DNA of 64,000 nt from Pseudomonadota bacterium. GTDB taxonomy: Bacteria; Pseudomonadota; Alphaproteobacteria; MED-G09. The stretch covers positions 44,853 through 108,852 of the forward strand of contig JAYZKD010000032.1 in assembly GCA_036163815.1 (NCBI GenBank), written 5' to 3'. Positions 18,800 to 29,985 of the stretch are shown in pieces (the stretch's first letter is position 1; each line of letters opens with the position of its first letter). The position numbers and the translations under genes were made by a program. The notes under the pieces are model-generated. The model was not told where the DNA came from, searched no databases, and was given only the letters and a program-made list of their open reading frames with translations.

Positions 18800-21154
18800 T
18801 TATTCCACTCGTTCCCATAGCCTTGTTAATCTTTGAGAACTATTAATATCACCACCACCAAAAGTATATACTTTTAGTTTAACCATAAAAGAGTTTGACG
18901 GTTTTAAATCTCTATATTCCGCAAATTTTCTTCTAAACCCTAATTCAAAAGATATACAATCGTCAATGTATACAATTGATAATCTATTTCTAAGTGATTT
19001 TTTTGATTCTATATCATATCTAATTGCGCCTTGGATTAACCAGTTCTCATCAATATTTACGAAATTAGCGAATCTTAACTCCTTTTGTTCTTTTAAATTA
19101 TAGTCCTCTTCATTATCAAGGTGAGCATGTCCAAGTCTAAATCCCCATTTTTTGAATCTCCCTTGAATATCGAATTCCGATCTAATTAGTTTAAGGTCTT
19201 TTTCATTTACTCTACCTCTATATGAAATCGTTATATCGCTATTAGGTTTGTAAAAAAGATCAAAAATTATATCTGAAAAGTCTTTTCTGAGCCCACTTCC
19301 TGTATATGAGAAATCTAAATTTGAAAACCTATAACTCTGTGCAATTAAAGCCTTTATGATTCTTTTGTTCCAAAAGTGGGATATTTGGAATCCATAATTA
19401 ATTCTGTTTCCATATTCCCATCTATCAAATCCTTGGATTCGGTTGTTATCAAATATATTGGCTGAGTTTAATTCAAATGCAAGAGAGTCTTCATTTGGAA
19501 TTTTTTTGAATTCTTTATCGCTAGGCGCCAAGGTAAAATTAATTATAGGCTCAATTATGGTGCTTTGATTTGGAGATACCATTGGATATGTCCATTCAAG
19601 AAAGAAACTAGGCAGAATTCTAGCGATATTTTTTTCTTCTCCAAACCTATTAGAGGCTAATAATCTTGAAGAGTTATTAGGTATATATTTTTTTGTCGAC
19701 CTGTACATATCTCCTCTTAAATTAAGATTGAGGTTTATTAGGCTACCTGATTTATGAATAATATTTCTTTTCCATGAACCTTCCAGAGAAACTCTTTGTG
19801 TATTACCATCAGTTTTTCTTACAATATTTGTTGAATTTAGCTTTAGGTTAAAGCTACCGCCTAAGAATTTAGTTTTTGGATCCCAGTTAAAATTTATTAT
19901 TGGTAATATAATTGGCTCAGAACCTTCTTTTTCAGGAAGCAATAAACTAAAATGTGTAGTCTCTATTTCTATTGAATAATCATCCCATTCTTTTACAATT
20001 GATAAAACTGATGTGATATCTGTTCTATCATTTAAATCGAATCTCCTTAAAAAGGTATCATCAGACACAAATGTTCCGTCAAAATTTATTAACCACCCAT
20101 TTAAAGAAAAATTTCCTTTGGCTGATAATGATCCCCTAAAGTCATATCCGATTGCTTCTGATATTGATGATGGTCTCGGATCGTCTAATGAAGCAACTTC
20201 TACATTAGAAATAGAATGATTATTATCATCATATAAATAAACTAATTTCTTTCCTAGTGAGTTAAGTTCTTCTGATGCATTAAAAGGTGAATTAATTACA
20301 GATTGCCAATCACTATTAATATTAACTGTTCTTGCCTTAAAGTTATCACTTAAAGACGCCAAAATTCCATATAGATTAATTTCTCCATTATTAAATTTTT
20401 GTCTCCACTCATTTTCAAATATAAAAGCACCTTTGGTAACAATCCAAGGAGTAATAGTTAAATCATAGTCTTGTCTTAAATTTATAAAATATGGTGTTTT
20501 TAAAACTAGACCAAGGTCTCCAGAACTAACTAATGAAGGCGCTAAAAAACCTGACCTTCTTTTTACTTCAGGACTAGGATGACCTGCTATTGGCACATAA
20601 AAAATTGGTATGCCGAATAGTTCAAACCTTGCTCCTTCATATATAATGTTTCCATTAACTTCATCATGAATTATTCTGTTTGCACGAATTTGCCAAGAAA
20701 CTCTTTTTTGGTTTGATTCACAATTGTTGCAAGGGCTAAAAATTCCTTTTCGAAGAATTGTAGCTTTTCCACCATTTCTTATTGCGTATGCTGAAGTAAG
20801 AACTGTACCGTCTTTAGTAGTTATTCTTGGTAATTCAATTATTCCATCATTTAAATTAGATGAAATCTTCATTTTTGAGGCTGTTATTAACCCACCACTA
20901 CCTTCATTTATTCTAATATTTCCTTCAGCCTCTATAATGTTAGTTGATGGATCTAGTGAAACTTTGTCTGCCTGTAGTTTATATCCCTCCCTAATAATAA
21001 GAACCGAACCAGTTGCAAGAATTTTTCCACTATCATTAATATATTCAATTTTATCGGCTTCAAGAACATTTTCATTTTTCAAATTATCTGATTTAACTTC
21101 AAAACCTGTGAAGATTACCGAAATAGTAAGTATGATAAAGTAAAGTTTTTTCAT
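18800..21154 (-). CDS. lptD: LPS-assembly protein LptD (OstA)
   Basis: 784 aa with a signal peptide, an N-terminal OstA domain, and a large C-terminal beta-barrel, in the conserved lptD-surA-pdxA-rsmA order. Confidence 0.8.
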   Translation of the reverse strand: MKKLYFIILTISVIFTGFEVKSDNLKNENVLEADKIEYINDSGKILATGSVLIIREGYKLQADKVSLDPSTNIIEAEGNIRINEGSGGLITASKMKISSNLNDGIIELPRITTKDGTVLTSAYAIRNGGKATILRKGIFSPCNNCESNQKRVSWQIRANRIIHDEVNGNIIYEGARFELFGIPIFYVPIAGHPSPEVKRRSGFLAPSLVSSGDLGLVLKTPYFINLRQDYDLTITPWIVTKGAFIFENEWRQKFNNGEINLYGILASLSDNFKARTVNINSDWQSVINSPFNASEELNSLGKKLVYLYDDNNHSISNVEVASLDDPRPSSISEAIGYDFRGSLSAKGNFSLNGWLINFDGTFVSDDTFLRRFDLNDRTDITSVLSIVKEWDDYSIEIETTHFSLLLPEKEGSEPIILPIINFNWDPKTKFLGGSFNLKLNSTNIVRKTDGNTQRVSLEGSWKRNIIHKSGSLINLNLNLRGDMYRSTKKYIPNNSSRLLASNRFGEEKNIARILPSFFLEWTYPMVSPNQSTIIEPIINFTLAPSDKEFKKIPNEDSLAFELNSANIFDNNRIQGFDRWEYGNRINYGFQISHFWNKRIIKALIAQSYRFSNLDFSYTGSGLRKDFSDIIFDLFYKPNSDITISYRGRVNEKDLKLIRSEFDIQGRFKKWGFRLGHAHLDNEEDYNLKEQKELRFANFVNIDENWLIQGAIRYDIESKKSLRNRLSIVYIDDCISFELGFRRKFAEYRDLKPSNSFMVKLKVYTFGGGDINSSQRLTRLWERVE

Positions 21155-21157
21155 AAT

Positions 21158-22255
21158 TTAACTTTCTTCGGTATATAATAAAATTGTTATTGATCCCATT
21201 ATAGTGATTATTGGTGCAACCCAAGCAGAGAGCAGCGGATTAATAGATCCAGAAGAACCAAACGCTAACGCGACACTTGAAAGTGTATAAGCAGCAAGGC
21301 CAATAAATAATCCTCCAAACAATAAAAAATTTATTTTATTTGTTCTAAGAAAATTAACTGAAAATGGCGCTGCTGCCAAAACCATAGAAGCTAGAAAAAA
21401 AGGGAAAGAAATCAAACCGTAAAGCCTAGTTTTATGGCGTTGTGAAGCAAATCCAGCTTTTTCAGCAATTGCAATAAATTCTGGTAGTGACCATAGAGAT
21501 ATAGTTTCGGGAGGAGAAAAATTTTCTTGTATTTGATCAGATGATAAATTCGTTTTAATTTTAAAATCCTTGAGATAAAAACTTTTATCATCTTCTTTTA
21601 TCCAGGTATCAATTAATGACCATTCTCCATTCTGTAAAGTTGCCGAAGCGGCATCAATTCTATTTATTAAATTACCATTTTCATGATGTTTAAAGAAAAT
21701 AACATCTTCTAGTTTTCCGCCTTTTCTATCCATACCAAGCGAATGAATAATGTAATATGTTTTTTCCTCAAGGTTATCCTCTTTTAGCCAGAGACCATTT
21801 TCGGAAAGAGTAATTAAACTAAGTTGACCTCTAATGTTTCTAGCTTCTAATTCTTTGAATCTTTCAGATGATAAAGCAATAAATGGTTGAATAGCTGTTA
21901 TTAATATCAAGCCGATAAATAAAACAATTATAATAGCCGGCGCAAGAAATTTCCATATTGAGATGCCACTTACTCTAAAGATTACTAATTCTGAATTTTT
22001 AGAAAGGATATAAAATGTTGCTAATGATCCAAAAAGAACTATAAAGGGAAATATTTCTAATAACATTTCAGGCAGTTTTAAAAGAGCAAGTTGAAAAGCG
22101 AGAACAATATCGCCATTTCCTATTTTAGATATTCTTCTTGCTAGTTCCGCTGTATCAACAATTAAAACAAAAATAACTGAAATTAATAATGTGTAGAAGA
22201 GGGTAGTTACATATTTCTTATAAAAATACTTTGTTAATGTTTTGGTTAATTTCAT
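21158..22255 (-). CDS. lptG: LPS export ABC permease LptG
   Basis: YjgP/YjgQ-family permease of 365 aa, second of a tandem pair. Confidence 0.7.
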   Translation of the reverse strand: MKLTKTLTKYFYKKYVTTLFYTLLISVIFVLIVDTAELARRISKIGNGDIVLAFQLALLKLPEMLLEIFPFIVLFGSLATFYILSKNSELVIFRVSGISIWKFLAPAIIIVLFIGLILITAIQPFIALSSERFKELEARNIRGQLSLITLSENGLWLKEDNLEEKTYYIIHSLGMDRKGGKLEDVIFFKHHENGNLINRIDAASATLQNGEWSLIDTWIKEDDKSFYLKDFKIKTNLSSDQIQENFSPPETISLWSLPEFIAIAEKAGFASQRHKTRLYGLISFPFFLASMVLAAAPFSVNFLRTNKINFLLFGGLFIGLAAYTLSSVALAFGSSGSINPLLSAWVAPIITIMGSITILLYTEES

Positions 22256-22257
22256 TA

Positions 22258-23382
22258 TTAAGCCTTTTTAAATATCCCAAGATTTTCTTTGAAAAAGGCT
22301 AAAACAGAAAATAGACATAAAAAAGGCAATAAATACAATAAGAAGATTCCAAAAGATCCAGATTGAGAAAAGCCCAATAAGAAAAAATCAATAATCTGGA
22401 AAGAAAAGCCAATTGAAATGGTAATAATGTTTATTGCTGTAGGGTTTGTTTTGTTTTGTATTTTTCCTATTAGGAAACAAAATGAAAAAACTATAAAGAT
22501 TAGCGGATGAAATAATTGGGCTAATTTGTGATGACCAACAGCTTTTAGGTTATCTACTCTTTTTTCTGCATATTCATCACCTTTCTTTGGGAATAAGAGT
22601 TCATTTAAAAATCTTTGACTAGAATCTAAATTAAATTTCTCGTTTTCGGGCAGAAATTCAGAAAAAAAGTATTCATTTTTTTCAAATTTCACCGTTGTAA
22701 TTCCTGATGATGGTTTTAAAGAATTCTTATGTTGTATTGTTCCATCAATTAAAATTAATTTTGATTCATTTTCTTTATTAAAGAAAAGACCTTTTTTAGC
22801 AGTATAAGTTATTGAATTTTTTGGATCTCTATTATCGTGAACTAATACACCAGTGATAGAATTGTCTAATTCCTTTTCTTTCGCATAAACAGTTAAACCT
22901 TTGGCGGGCATAGAGAATAACCCATCTCTTAAAATAGTACTAGAAATGTCATGTTTAAGCTCATGCATTTTTAGTTTTGAATATCTCATACCGGCTGGCG
23001 CAAGGAATAAAGATGTAATAGTTAATATTATTGTAACGATAAAACTAAAAAAAATAAAAGGCTTGATAATTCTTGTATTACTTATCCCTGAAGAGAGAAG
23101 TATTATTGATTCATTATCTTTTCCCATTGTATTCAAAACAAAAATTGATGAAATAAAGAGGGCTAAAGGCAATATTTGTGAGAGAATATTAGGCATAACT
23201 GATACTGTAAGACTCAAGAAAAGTGGAATACTCGCACCCCTGATTATCGCTTCATCAAGCATCCCTAGGACTTGAGTTAACCAAGCAAGAGATAGCATCG
23301 CAATACAAACCACAAAAAGTGATATTGTGAGTTTTTTAATTATATATTTATCTATACTTGCCATTGTTGTTAGATTATACAC
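22258..23382 (-). CDS. lptF: LPS export ABC permease LptF
   Basis: YjgP/YjgQ-family permease of 374 aa, first of the tandem pair and divergent from pepA as in E. coli. Confidence 0.7.
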   Translation of the reverse strand: MYNLTTMASIDKYIIKKLTISLFVVCIAMLSLAWLTQVLGMLDEAIIRGASIPLFLSLTVSVMPNILSQILPLALFISSIFVLNTMGKDNESIILLSSGISNTRIIKPFIFFSFIVTIILTITSLFLAPAGMRYSKLKMHELKHDISSTILRDGLFSMPAKGLTVYAKEKELDNSITGVLVHDNRDPKNSITYTAKKGLFFNKENESKLILIDGTIQHKNSLKPSSGITTVKFEKNEYFFSEFLPENEKFNLDSSQRFLNELLFPKKGDEYAEKRVDNLKAVGHHKLAQLFHPLIFIVFSFCFLIGKIQNKTNPTAINIITISIGFSFQIIDFFLLGFSQSGSFGIFLLYLLPFLCLFSVLAFFKENLGIFKKA

Positions 23383-23438
23383 TAGTTAGCATAAAAAGTT
23401 ATAAAATGGTTATCATGTTAGTTATTTTGGAGAATTAA

Positions 23439-24911
23439 ATGCAAATTAAATTTACTTCTAATTTAGGTCAATTGTCAGAAGTCGTCTTCCTAATTATATC
23501 GAATAAAAATGCCCTCAAGAGAATAGGATTACAAGACAATCTATTATCAGAGGCTATAAAAGCTATAGAAAATAAAGGGTTTGGTTTTAATAAAGATGAG
23601 ATTATTGAAATTAATAATATAAGAGATAAAAAAGTAAAAAGTTTATTTGTTTATGGTTTAGGAAATAAAATACAAAACTTAAATCCAGCCGATTTTGAAA
23701 AAATTGGAGGAAAAATTACTCAATTAACAAAATCAAAACGAAAAAAAAATGTAAAAATTTTAATTGATAACAAAATAAGAAAAAATGAAGAATTGCTGAG
23801 ATTTGGTTATGGATGCATTTTAGGTTCTTATAGGTTTGATAAACATAAAACAAAAAATCTAGTCAAATCCATTCCTCCTTCACTCACTATTCAATCATCA
23901 AATGCAACAAAGTTGAATAAAGAATTTATTAGATATAATGCTATAGCCGAAGGAGTATTTTTTACTAGAGATTTAGTAAATGAACCTAGTAATATTTTGT
24001 TTCCGAAAGAATACTCGAAGAGAATATCAAAATTAAAAAAATATGGTCTCAAAATTGAAGTTTTTGGAGAAACCAAGATGAAGAAATTAAAAATGGAATC
24101 TCTCTTAGGGGTCGGTAGGGGCAGCCAACACGAAAGCCAACTAGTAATAATGCGTTGGGAAGGTGATAAAAGAAAAAATGCTAAACCAGTATGTTTTGTA
24201 GGTAAGGGGGTATGTTTCGATTCAGGGGGGATTTCTATTAAGCCTAGTAATAAAATGGAAGAAATGATTGGCGATATGGGTGGTTCAGCAGCTGTGGTTG
24301 GAGCCATGCTATCTCTTGCAAAAAGGAAATCTAAGGTTAATGCGGTTGGTGTTGTTGGTCTTGTGGAAAATATGCCTGATGGAAAGGCTCAAAAACCTGG
24401 GGATATAGTCAAATCTATGTCAGGCCAAACAATAGAAATACAAAACACAGATGCAGAAGGAAGACTTGTTCTTGCTGATGCGCTTTGGTATGCGCAAAAA
24501 AGATTTAATCCTGATGTTATGATAGATTTAGCTACATTAACTGGGGCAATGGTAATATCATTGGGAAATCTGATCTCAGGGTTATTTTCTAACAATGATG
24601 AATTATCTAAAAGATTAACTTCTGCCGGAGAGATAAGTGGTGATCAAGTTTGGCGTTTTCCGATAAATGAATCATACAACAAACTTATAAATTCTAAATT
24701 TGCTGATATGAAAAATATAGGAATGGGAGGGGCAGGTTCTATTACAGCAGCGCAATTTCTTGAAAGATTTGTTAATGATACCCCTTGGGCCCATATTGAT
24801 ATTGCAGGTACTGCAACAGGAATGCCGAAAAGTACTACGAATACAAGTTGGGCAAGTGGATTCGGTGTACATTTATTAGATACTTTTGTTAAAAAGTTTT
24901 ATGAGAGCTAA
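23439..24911 (+). CDS. pepA: Leucyl aminopeptidase (M17)
   Basis: M17 signature NTDAEGRL with metal ligands (VGKGVCFDSGG) over 490 aa. Confidence 0.88.
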   Translation: MQIKFTSNLGQLSEVVFLIISNKNALKRIGLQDNLLSEAIKAIENKGFGFNKDEIIEINNIRDKKVKSLFVYGLGNKIQNLNPADFEKIGGKITQLTKSKRKKNVKILIDNKIRKNEELLRFGYGCILGSYRFDKHKTKNLVKSIPPSLTIQSSNATKLNKEFIRYNAIAEGVFFTRDLVNEPSNILFPKEYSKRISKLKKYGLKIEVFGETKMKKLKMESLLGVGRGSQHESQLVIMRWEGDKRKNAKPVCFVGKGVCFDSGGISIKPSNKMEEMIGDMGGSAAVVGAMLSLAKRKSKVNAVGVVGLVENMPDGKAQKPGDIVKSMSGQTIEIQNTDAEGRLVLADALWYAQKRFNPDVMIDLATLTGAMVISLGNLISGLFSNNDELSKRLTSAGEISGDQVWRFPINESYNKLINSKFADMKNIGMGGAGSITAAQFLERFVNDTPWAHIDIAGTATGMPKSTTNTSWASGFGVHLLDTFVKKFYES

Positions 24912-25376
24912 GTGCCTGAATTTATTTTTTATAAAACTGCTCCATTAGAAGTAGAGAAAACACTTTATAGCCTAGTAGATAAAGCTCTAAGAAAAGAATT
25001 CAATTCAATTCTAATATTTGAAGATGAAGAAAAACTGCGGTTGGTTGATGAATTTTTGTGGACATATAAGCAAGATTCTTTTTTGCCTCATTTGAAAATC
25101 GGTGATGCATTAGATACCGAATTAAATATCCCTATATATTTAACAACAAAAGATGAAAATCCATTTAATGCCAGGATTTTTTTTTCGATAGATGGCTATA
25201 TTCCCGAAAAAGTAGATGAGTTTGATAGATTGGTTTTTATAGTCGATTCAAATGATAGGTTTTTGAATGATAAATATAAAAACTATTATCTTGAAATTAA
25301 GTCAGATTTCAAGGATATAGTTTTTTATAAAAAGAGTGAAGATGGTTTATGGAAAGAAAATAATTTTATGAGGTAA
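24912..25376 (+). CDS. holC: DNA polymerase III chi subunit
   Basis: 154 aa placed immediately after pepA in the conserved pepA-holC pair, with chi-like size and composition. Confidence 0.55.
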   Translation: MPEFIFYKTAPLEVEKTLYSLVDKALRKEFNSILIFEDEEKLRLVDEFLWTYKQDSFLPHLKIGDALDTELNIPIYLTTKDENPFNARIFFSIDGYIPEKVDEFDRLVFIVDSNDRFLNDKYKNYYLEIKSDFKDIVFYKKSEDGLWKENNFMR

Positions 25377-25378
25377 AA

Positions 25379-25798
25379 ATGACTATAGAAAGAACTCTCT
25401 CAATTATAAAACCAGATGCAACTAAAAGAAATATTACTGGGAAAATAATATCTTGCTTTGAGGAATCTGGCTTAAATATTATTGCGCAAAAGAAAATTTT
25501 GCTAACTAAAGAGCAAGCAGAAGGTTTTTACTCTGTTCATTCTGAAAAACCTTTTTTTCATGATTTAATTACTTTTATGATTTCAGCTCCAATAATTGTT
25601 CAAGTTTTAGAGGGCGAAAATGCAATTCTAAAAAATAGAGAAATTATGGGCGCTACTAACCCTGAGGATGCAGTGGAGGGCACAATTAGAAAGCAATTTG
25701 CTCTTTCTATAGAAGCAAATTCTGTTCATGGATCTGATTCTATTGAAGCAGCAATTGAAGAAATTAATTATTTCTTTGATGAATCTGAGATCATATAA
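25379..25798 (+). CDS. ndk: Nucleoside diphosphate kinase
   Basis: [11 protein letters not shown] start with active-site His (NSVHGSDS) over 139 aa. Confidence 0.92.
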   Translation: MTIERTLSIIKPDATKRNITGKIISCFEESGLNIIAQKKILLTKEQAEGFYSVHSEKPFFHDLITFMISAPIIVQVLEGENAILKNREIMGATNPEDAVEGTIRKQFALSIEANSVHGSDSIEAAIEEINYFFDESEII

Positions 25799-25803
25799 GG
25801 GCT

Positions 25804-26451
25804 TTATATTGCCAGTCTTCCGTTAATCTCATCTAGTTGATTTATTGCTTCTTTGCTAAAAATGATTTGCTCATCTTTGACTTCAATTAAGTTGTCTGAA
25901 AATAATTTCAAACAAACCGGATATAAAATATGTTCAAGCTTAAGAACTTTCTTTGCTAATGTTTCTTCATTATCATCAGATTCCACATTTGTTGACATCT
26001 GCCCAATTATTGGACCTTCATCTACACCCGCTCTCACAAGGTGAACTGTACAACCAGATATATTTGATTTTGATTCTAATACTCTTTTATGAACATTCAA
26101 TCCCTTAAAAGCAGGAAGTAATGAAGGGTGGATGTTAAGTTGTTTATTGAACCAGTTGTTAACAAAATCCTCACTTAAAATTCTCATAAAACCAGCGTTG
26201 CAAATAAAATCTATATCGTACTCTTTAAGTTTTTTATTTAATTCATAATCGAAGTCTTCTCTTTTTTCATAAATCTTATGATCAATTACACAAGTCTCTA
26301 TTTCACAATTTTTTGCAAAAGTAAGACCTGAAGCATTTGTGTTATTAGAAAATACCAATTCTACACTTGCGGAGTTATTATAGGCTTTACATGAATTAAC
26401 GAGCTTCTCCATATTTGAGCCTCGTCCAGAAATTAGTATAGCAACTCTCAT
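25804..26451 (-). CDS. purN: Phosphoribosylglycinamide formyltransferase
   Basis: Formyl transferase fold (ISGRGSNM, HPSLLP) over 215 aa, downstream of purM. Confidence 0.85.
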   Translation of the reverse strand: MRVAILISGRGSNMEKLVNSCKAYNNSASVELVFSNNTNASGLTFAKNCEIETCVIDHKIYEKREDFDYELNKKLKEYDIDFICNAGFMRILSEDFVNNWFNKQLNIHPSLLPAFKGLNVHKRVLESKSNISGCTVHLVRAGVDEGPIIGQMSTNVESDDNEETLAKKVLKLEHILYPVCLKLFSDNLIEVKDEQIIFSKEAINQLDEINGRLAI

Positions 26452-27504
26452 TTATTCATATACTACTTGAGTCTTAGGATTTTCATTATGACTAATTCTT
26501 CCAATTAATGATGGATCTTCACCCAAATTTTTTAACTCTTTTAGTAAATTATTGGTTTCTTTTCTATCCACAACTAAAATCATTCCAATACCACAATTAA
26601 ATGTTTTGAGCATTTCAGATTCTTCTATGTTTCCAGTTTCCTGGAGCCAATTAAAAATTTCTGGTCTTTTCCAGCTATCTTTATATATTTCTGCTTTAAT
26701 TTTGTTAGAGCTAAAAATTCTCGGTAAATTTTCTGTAATTCCTCCTCCAGTTATATGAGCAATAGCTTTTATTGCATTAGTTTGATTTAGTAAGGAAATG
26801 ATATTTTTTACATAAATCCTTGTTGGTTTTAATAGTTCTTCGCTAAATGTAATTTCATTAAAAGGGGTTTTGACGTCCAATTGTGTATTTGAAAAATCTA
26901 AGATTTTTCTAATTAAAGAAAATCCATTTGAATGAACACCAGATGATTTTAATCCAATAATATTATCACTAACCTTAATTTTTTTTGGAAGTAATTTTTC
27001 TCTTTCTACTGCACCAACAGCGAATCCAGCTAAATCAAAATGATTCTTATCATAAAAACCTGGCATTTCCGCGGTTTCTCCACCAATCAATGCGCATTTT
27101 GATTGAATGCATCCATCTGCAATACTTCTTATAACTTCTTTGGCAGTTGTTTTTGATAAAATACCTGTAGCAAAATAATCTAAGAAAAAAAGTGGCTGTG
27201 CTCCTTGAACTATTAGATCATTAACACACATAGCCACAAGATCAATACCGACTCCACTGAAATCATTACTTTCGATCGCAAGAAGTAATTTTGTTCCAAC
27301 CCCATCGGTTGAGGATACAAGTAGAGGATCGTTAAATCCTAATTTCATTATATCGAACAATCCACCAAAGCCGCCTATTTCAATGTCGGCGCCTGGTACT
27401 TTTGTTTCTCTAATTATAGGTTTGATTTCTTCTACTAGTTGATTGCCTTTTTCAATATCAACTCCTGATGAAGAATAAGTTATTGGATAGTTTTTTTTAT
27501 TCAA
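26452..27504 (-). CDS. purM: Phosphoribosylformylglycinamidine cyclo-ligase
   Basis: AIR synthase N- and C-terminal domains (GVDIEKGN, DGVGTK) over 350 aa. Confidence 0.9.
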   Translation of the reverse strand: MNKKNYPITYSSSGVDIEKGNQLVEEIKPIIRETKVPGADIEIGGFGGLFDIMKLGFNDPLLVSSTDGVGTKLLLAIESNDFSGVGIDLVAMCVNDLIVQGAQPLFFLDYFATGILSKTTAKEVIRSIADGCIQSKCALIGGETAEMPGFYDKNHFDLAGFAVGAVEREKLLPKKIKVSDNIIGLKSSGVHSNGFSLIRKILDFSNTQLDVKTPFNEITFSEELLKPTRIYVKNIISLLNQTNAIKAIAHITGGGITENLPRIFSSNKIKAEIYKDSWKRPEIFNWLQETGNIEESEMLKTFNCGIGMILVVDRKETNNLLKELKNLGEDPSLIGRISHNENPKTQVVYE

Positions 27505-27573
27505 GACTGACCTATTATAAAAGAAATTTATTATTGATAAATATAATTAAACAGTTCACCATTATAATTTATT

Positions 27574-28140
27574 TTGAGTTATACAATGAATCTTCCAAAT
27601 ATTATAACTATTTCAAGACTCCTATTAACACCTTATATAGTTTGGTTAATTCTTTCTGAAAATTATTTTTTAGGATTCTTATTCTTTGTAATAAGCGGAA
27701 TCTCAGACGGACTTGATGGTTTAATAGCTAAAAAATTAAATCAAAAAACTTTATTAGGAAGCTACTTAGATCCTATTGCAGATAAATTTCTTATAGTTTC
27801 TTCTATAGTTCTTCTTGGCTACAATGGTCATGTACCTATTTGGCTTGTAATAATAATAGTTTCAAGAGATATAGCAATTTTGGGAGCGGTAATTATTTCC
27901 TGGATGCTTAATACTAATTTAAAAATTGAACCCTTAATTATAAGTAAAATAAATACTTTTCTTCAAATATTTTATATTACATTAACCTTTGCAACAGTTC
28001 TAAATGCTAATTATTTAATAAATTTCCAGAATTTAGCTTTTGTAACAACCACTTATCTAATCGCTTTTACGACAATTTTATCATGGATTTCGTATTTAAG
28101 AATTTGGCTCTTAAATATGAATGTTATTAACAATCAATAA
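27574..28140 (+). CDS. CDP-alcohol phosphatidyltransferase (PgsA-like)
   Basis: The D-G-x2-A-K-x8-G-x3-D-x3-D motif (DGLDGLIAKK...GSYLDPIADK) with multiple TM helices over 188 aa. Confidence 0.6.
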   Translation: MSYTMNLPNIITISRLLLTPYIVWLILSENYFLGFLFFVISGISDGLDGLIAKKLNQKTLLGSYLDPIADKFLIVSSIVLLGYNGHVPIWLVIIIVSRDIAILGAVIISWMLNTNLKIEPLIISKINTFLQIFYITLTFATVLNANYLINFQNLAFVTTTYLIAFTTILSWISYLRIWLLNMNVINNQ

Positions 28141-28154
28141 CAGGTTTATTTGCT

Positions 28155-28826
28155 ATGGAAAAATCTGAACAACTTTATTTTGATATGCCAAATTTAAGAT
28201 TGCTTGGGATTCAAGATTATATGATTACTAATTCCAACAATTTGGCCTTCGATTTAATTCTAAGGTTATATAAAGATAAAGAAAATATAGGTATTATTTC
28301 GGGTCCCCCTTGTTCAGGTAAATCCCATTTATGTGAAATATTATTAGATCTGATGTCGGATAAAAAATGTTTATTAATTGATAGGTTTCAAGATAATTTA
28401 TTAAAGAAAATAAGTTTTAGCGATCTTATAATTATAGAAAATATAGACACTGTTAGACTTAATAACTCAGAAGAGAATCTTTTTCATGCAATCAATATTG
28501 TTAAGCAAAATAAAAAAAAAATGTTATTAACTTCAAGAAATCCAGTTTCTTTAATTGATATTCATCTTAAAGATCTGCGGTCAAGGCTTGATGCAGTTTT
28601 TGAGGCGAAGATTCAAGAACCAGATGATAAATTAATGGAATATATAATCGTAAAAATATTTAATGACAGGCAGTTGATCATTACACCGAAAATAGTTAGC
28701 TATATAATGAAAAGGCTAGATAGATCATATGAAGGAATTAATAAATTCCTGAATCTAATAGACAATTTCTCACTTGAAAAAGGAAAGAAAATATCTGTTA
28801 AACTAATTAGTGAATATTTGGGTTAG
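28155..28826 (+). CDS. hdaA: DnaA-related regulatory inactivator HdaA
   Basis: AAA+ P-loop GPPCSGKSHL at 223 aa. Size and domain are HdaA-like and far too short for DnaA. Confidence 0.6.
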   Translation: MEKSEQLYFDMPNLRLLGIQDYMITNSNNLAFDLILRLYKDKENIGIISGPPCSGKSHLCEILLDLMSDKKCLLIDRFQDNLLKKISFSDLIIIENIDTVRLNNSEENLFHAINIVKQNKKKMLLTSRNPVSLIDIHLKDLRSRLDAVFEAKIQEPDDKLMEYIIVKIFNDRQLIITPKIVSYIMKRLDRSYEGINKFLNLIDNFSLEKGKKISVKLISEYLG

Positions 28827-28827
28827 T

Positions 28828-29985
28828 TTATTTATCGCAATCTTCTAATAAAACTTTATCATCTTTCATTTTTATGGCAATTTTACCATTTTTAAAATCT
28901 AGAGCCTTTTTTCCAAAAATTTCATATCTCCAACCTTTTAAAGTTTTTATGTTAGCTTTATCATCTAAAATTAATTCTTGAAGGTCGTTCCTATTTGCAA
29001 TTAACTTTTGTGCGACGCCATATTTTTCTGAAACAGTATCAAGAAGTATTTTTAAAATGGAAACTTTTGAAGATATTCCCATTGGCAATCTTTTTGGCGG
29101 TTTAATTTTAGGTAAATCAGATTGTTGCATAGATTTACCATCTTCTACCAATTGTAATATCTCGTTTATATATTCTTTTTTTAAAGACCCTTTTCTATTG
29201 AGGGATCTTAAATTATTTAAATCCTTCTCGTTTTTTGGTTGTGATGAGCAAACTTCATAAATGACTTCATCCCTAATTATATTACCTCTTGGAAGATTTC
29301 TTTCTTGAGCTTTCTTTTCTCTCCATTTTGATAGCTGAACAAGAATTCCAATTGAATTATTGTTCAAACTTTTAATTTTTAGTCTTTTCCAGGAATCATT
29401 TGGGTTTAGGTCATAAGTTGATTTTGATGTTAATATTGTTAGTTCTTCTTTAAGCCAATTTTCCCTATTATTTTTCACAATTTGATCACGAATTATTGGG
29501 TAAATATCAAAAAGATAAGTAACATCTGATATTGCATAATTTATCTGTTTCTTACTTAAAGGTCTGTTTGACCAATTAGTAAATCTAGATGTTTTATCAA
29601 TCTTTTTCTTTAGTATTTGTGACACCAATGCTTCATAACCGATAGAATCTCCAAATCCACATACCATTGCAGCAATTTGAGTATCAAAAATATTTTTAGG
29701 TATTTTTTTTGTAAGATTGTAAAAAATTTCTATATCTTGTCTTCCAGAATGAAAAATTTTAATTATTTTTTTGTTATTTAATATTTTAAAGAAGGGATCA
29801 AGATTAAGATTCTTTTCTAGAGGATCAATTATTACTTTCTCCTTTCCATCATAAATTTGAATTAGGCAAAGCTTAGGCCAATAAGTTTTTTCCCTAATGA
29901 ATTCAGTATCAATGGTTAAATGCTTAGCATTATTAAATTGTGAACATAATAATTTTAATTGCTTTGATTCTTTTACATAATGCAT
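28828..29985 (-). CDS. rnd: Ribonuclease D
   Basis: DEDDy 3'-5' exonuclease domain (LTIDTEF, YAISDV) with HRDC domains over 385 aa. Confidence 0.75.
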   Translation of the reverse strand: MHYVKESKQLKLLCSQFNNAKHLTIDTEFIREKTYWPKLCLIQIYDGKEKVIIDPLEKNLNLDPFFKILNNKKIIKIFHSGRQDIEIFYNLTKKIPKNIFDTQIAAMVCGFGDSIGYEALVSQILKKKIDKTSRFTNWSNRPLSKKQINYAISDVTYLFDIYPIIRDQIVKNNRENWLKEELTILTSKSTYDLNPNDSWKRLKIKSLNNNSIGILVQLSKWREKKAQERNLPRGNIIRDEVIYEVCSSQPKNEKDLNNLRSLNRKGSLKKEYINEILQLVEDGKSMQQSDLPKIKPPKRLPMGISSKVSILKILLDTVSEKYGVAQKLIANRNDLQELILDDKANIKTLKGWRYEIFGKKALDFKNGKIAIKMKDDKVLLEDCDK

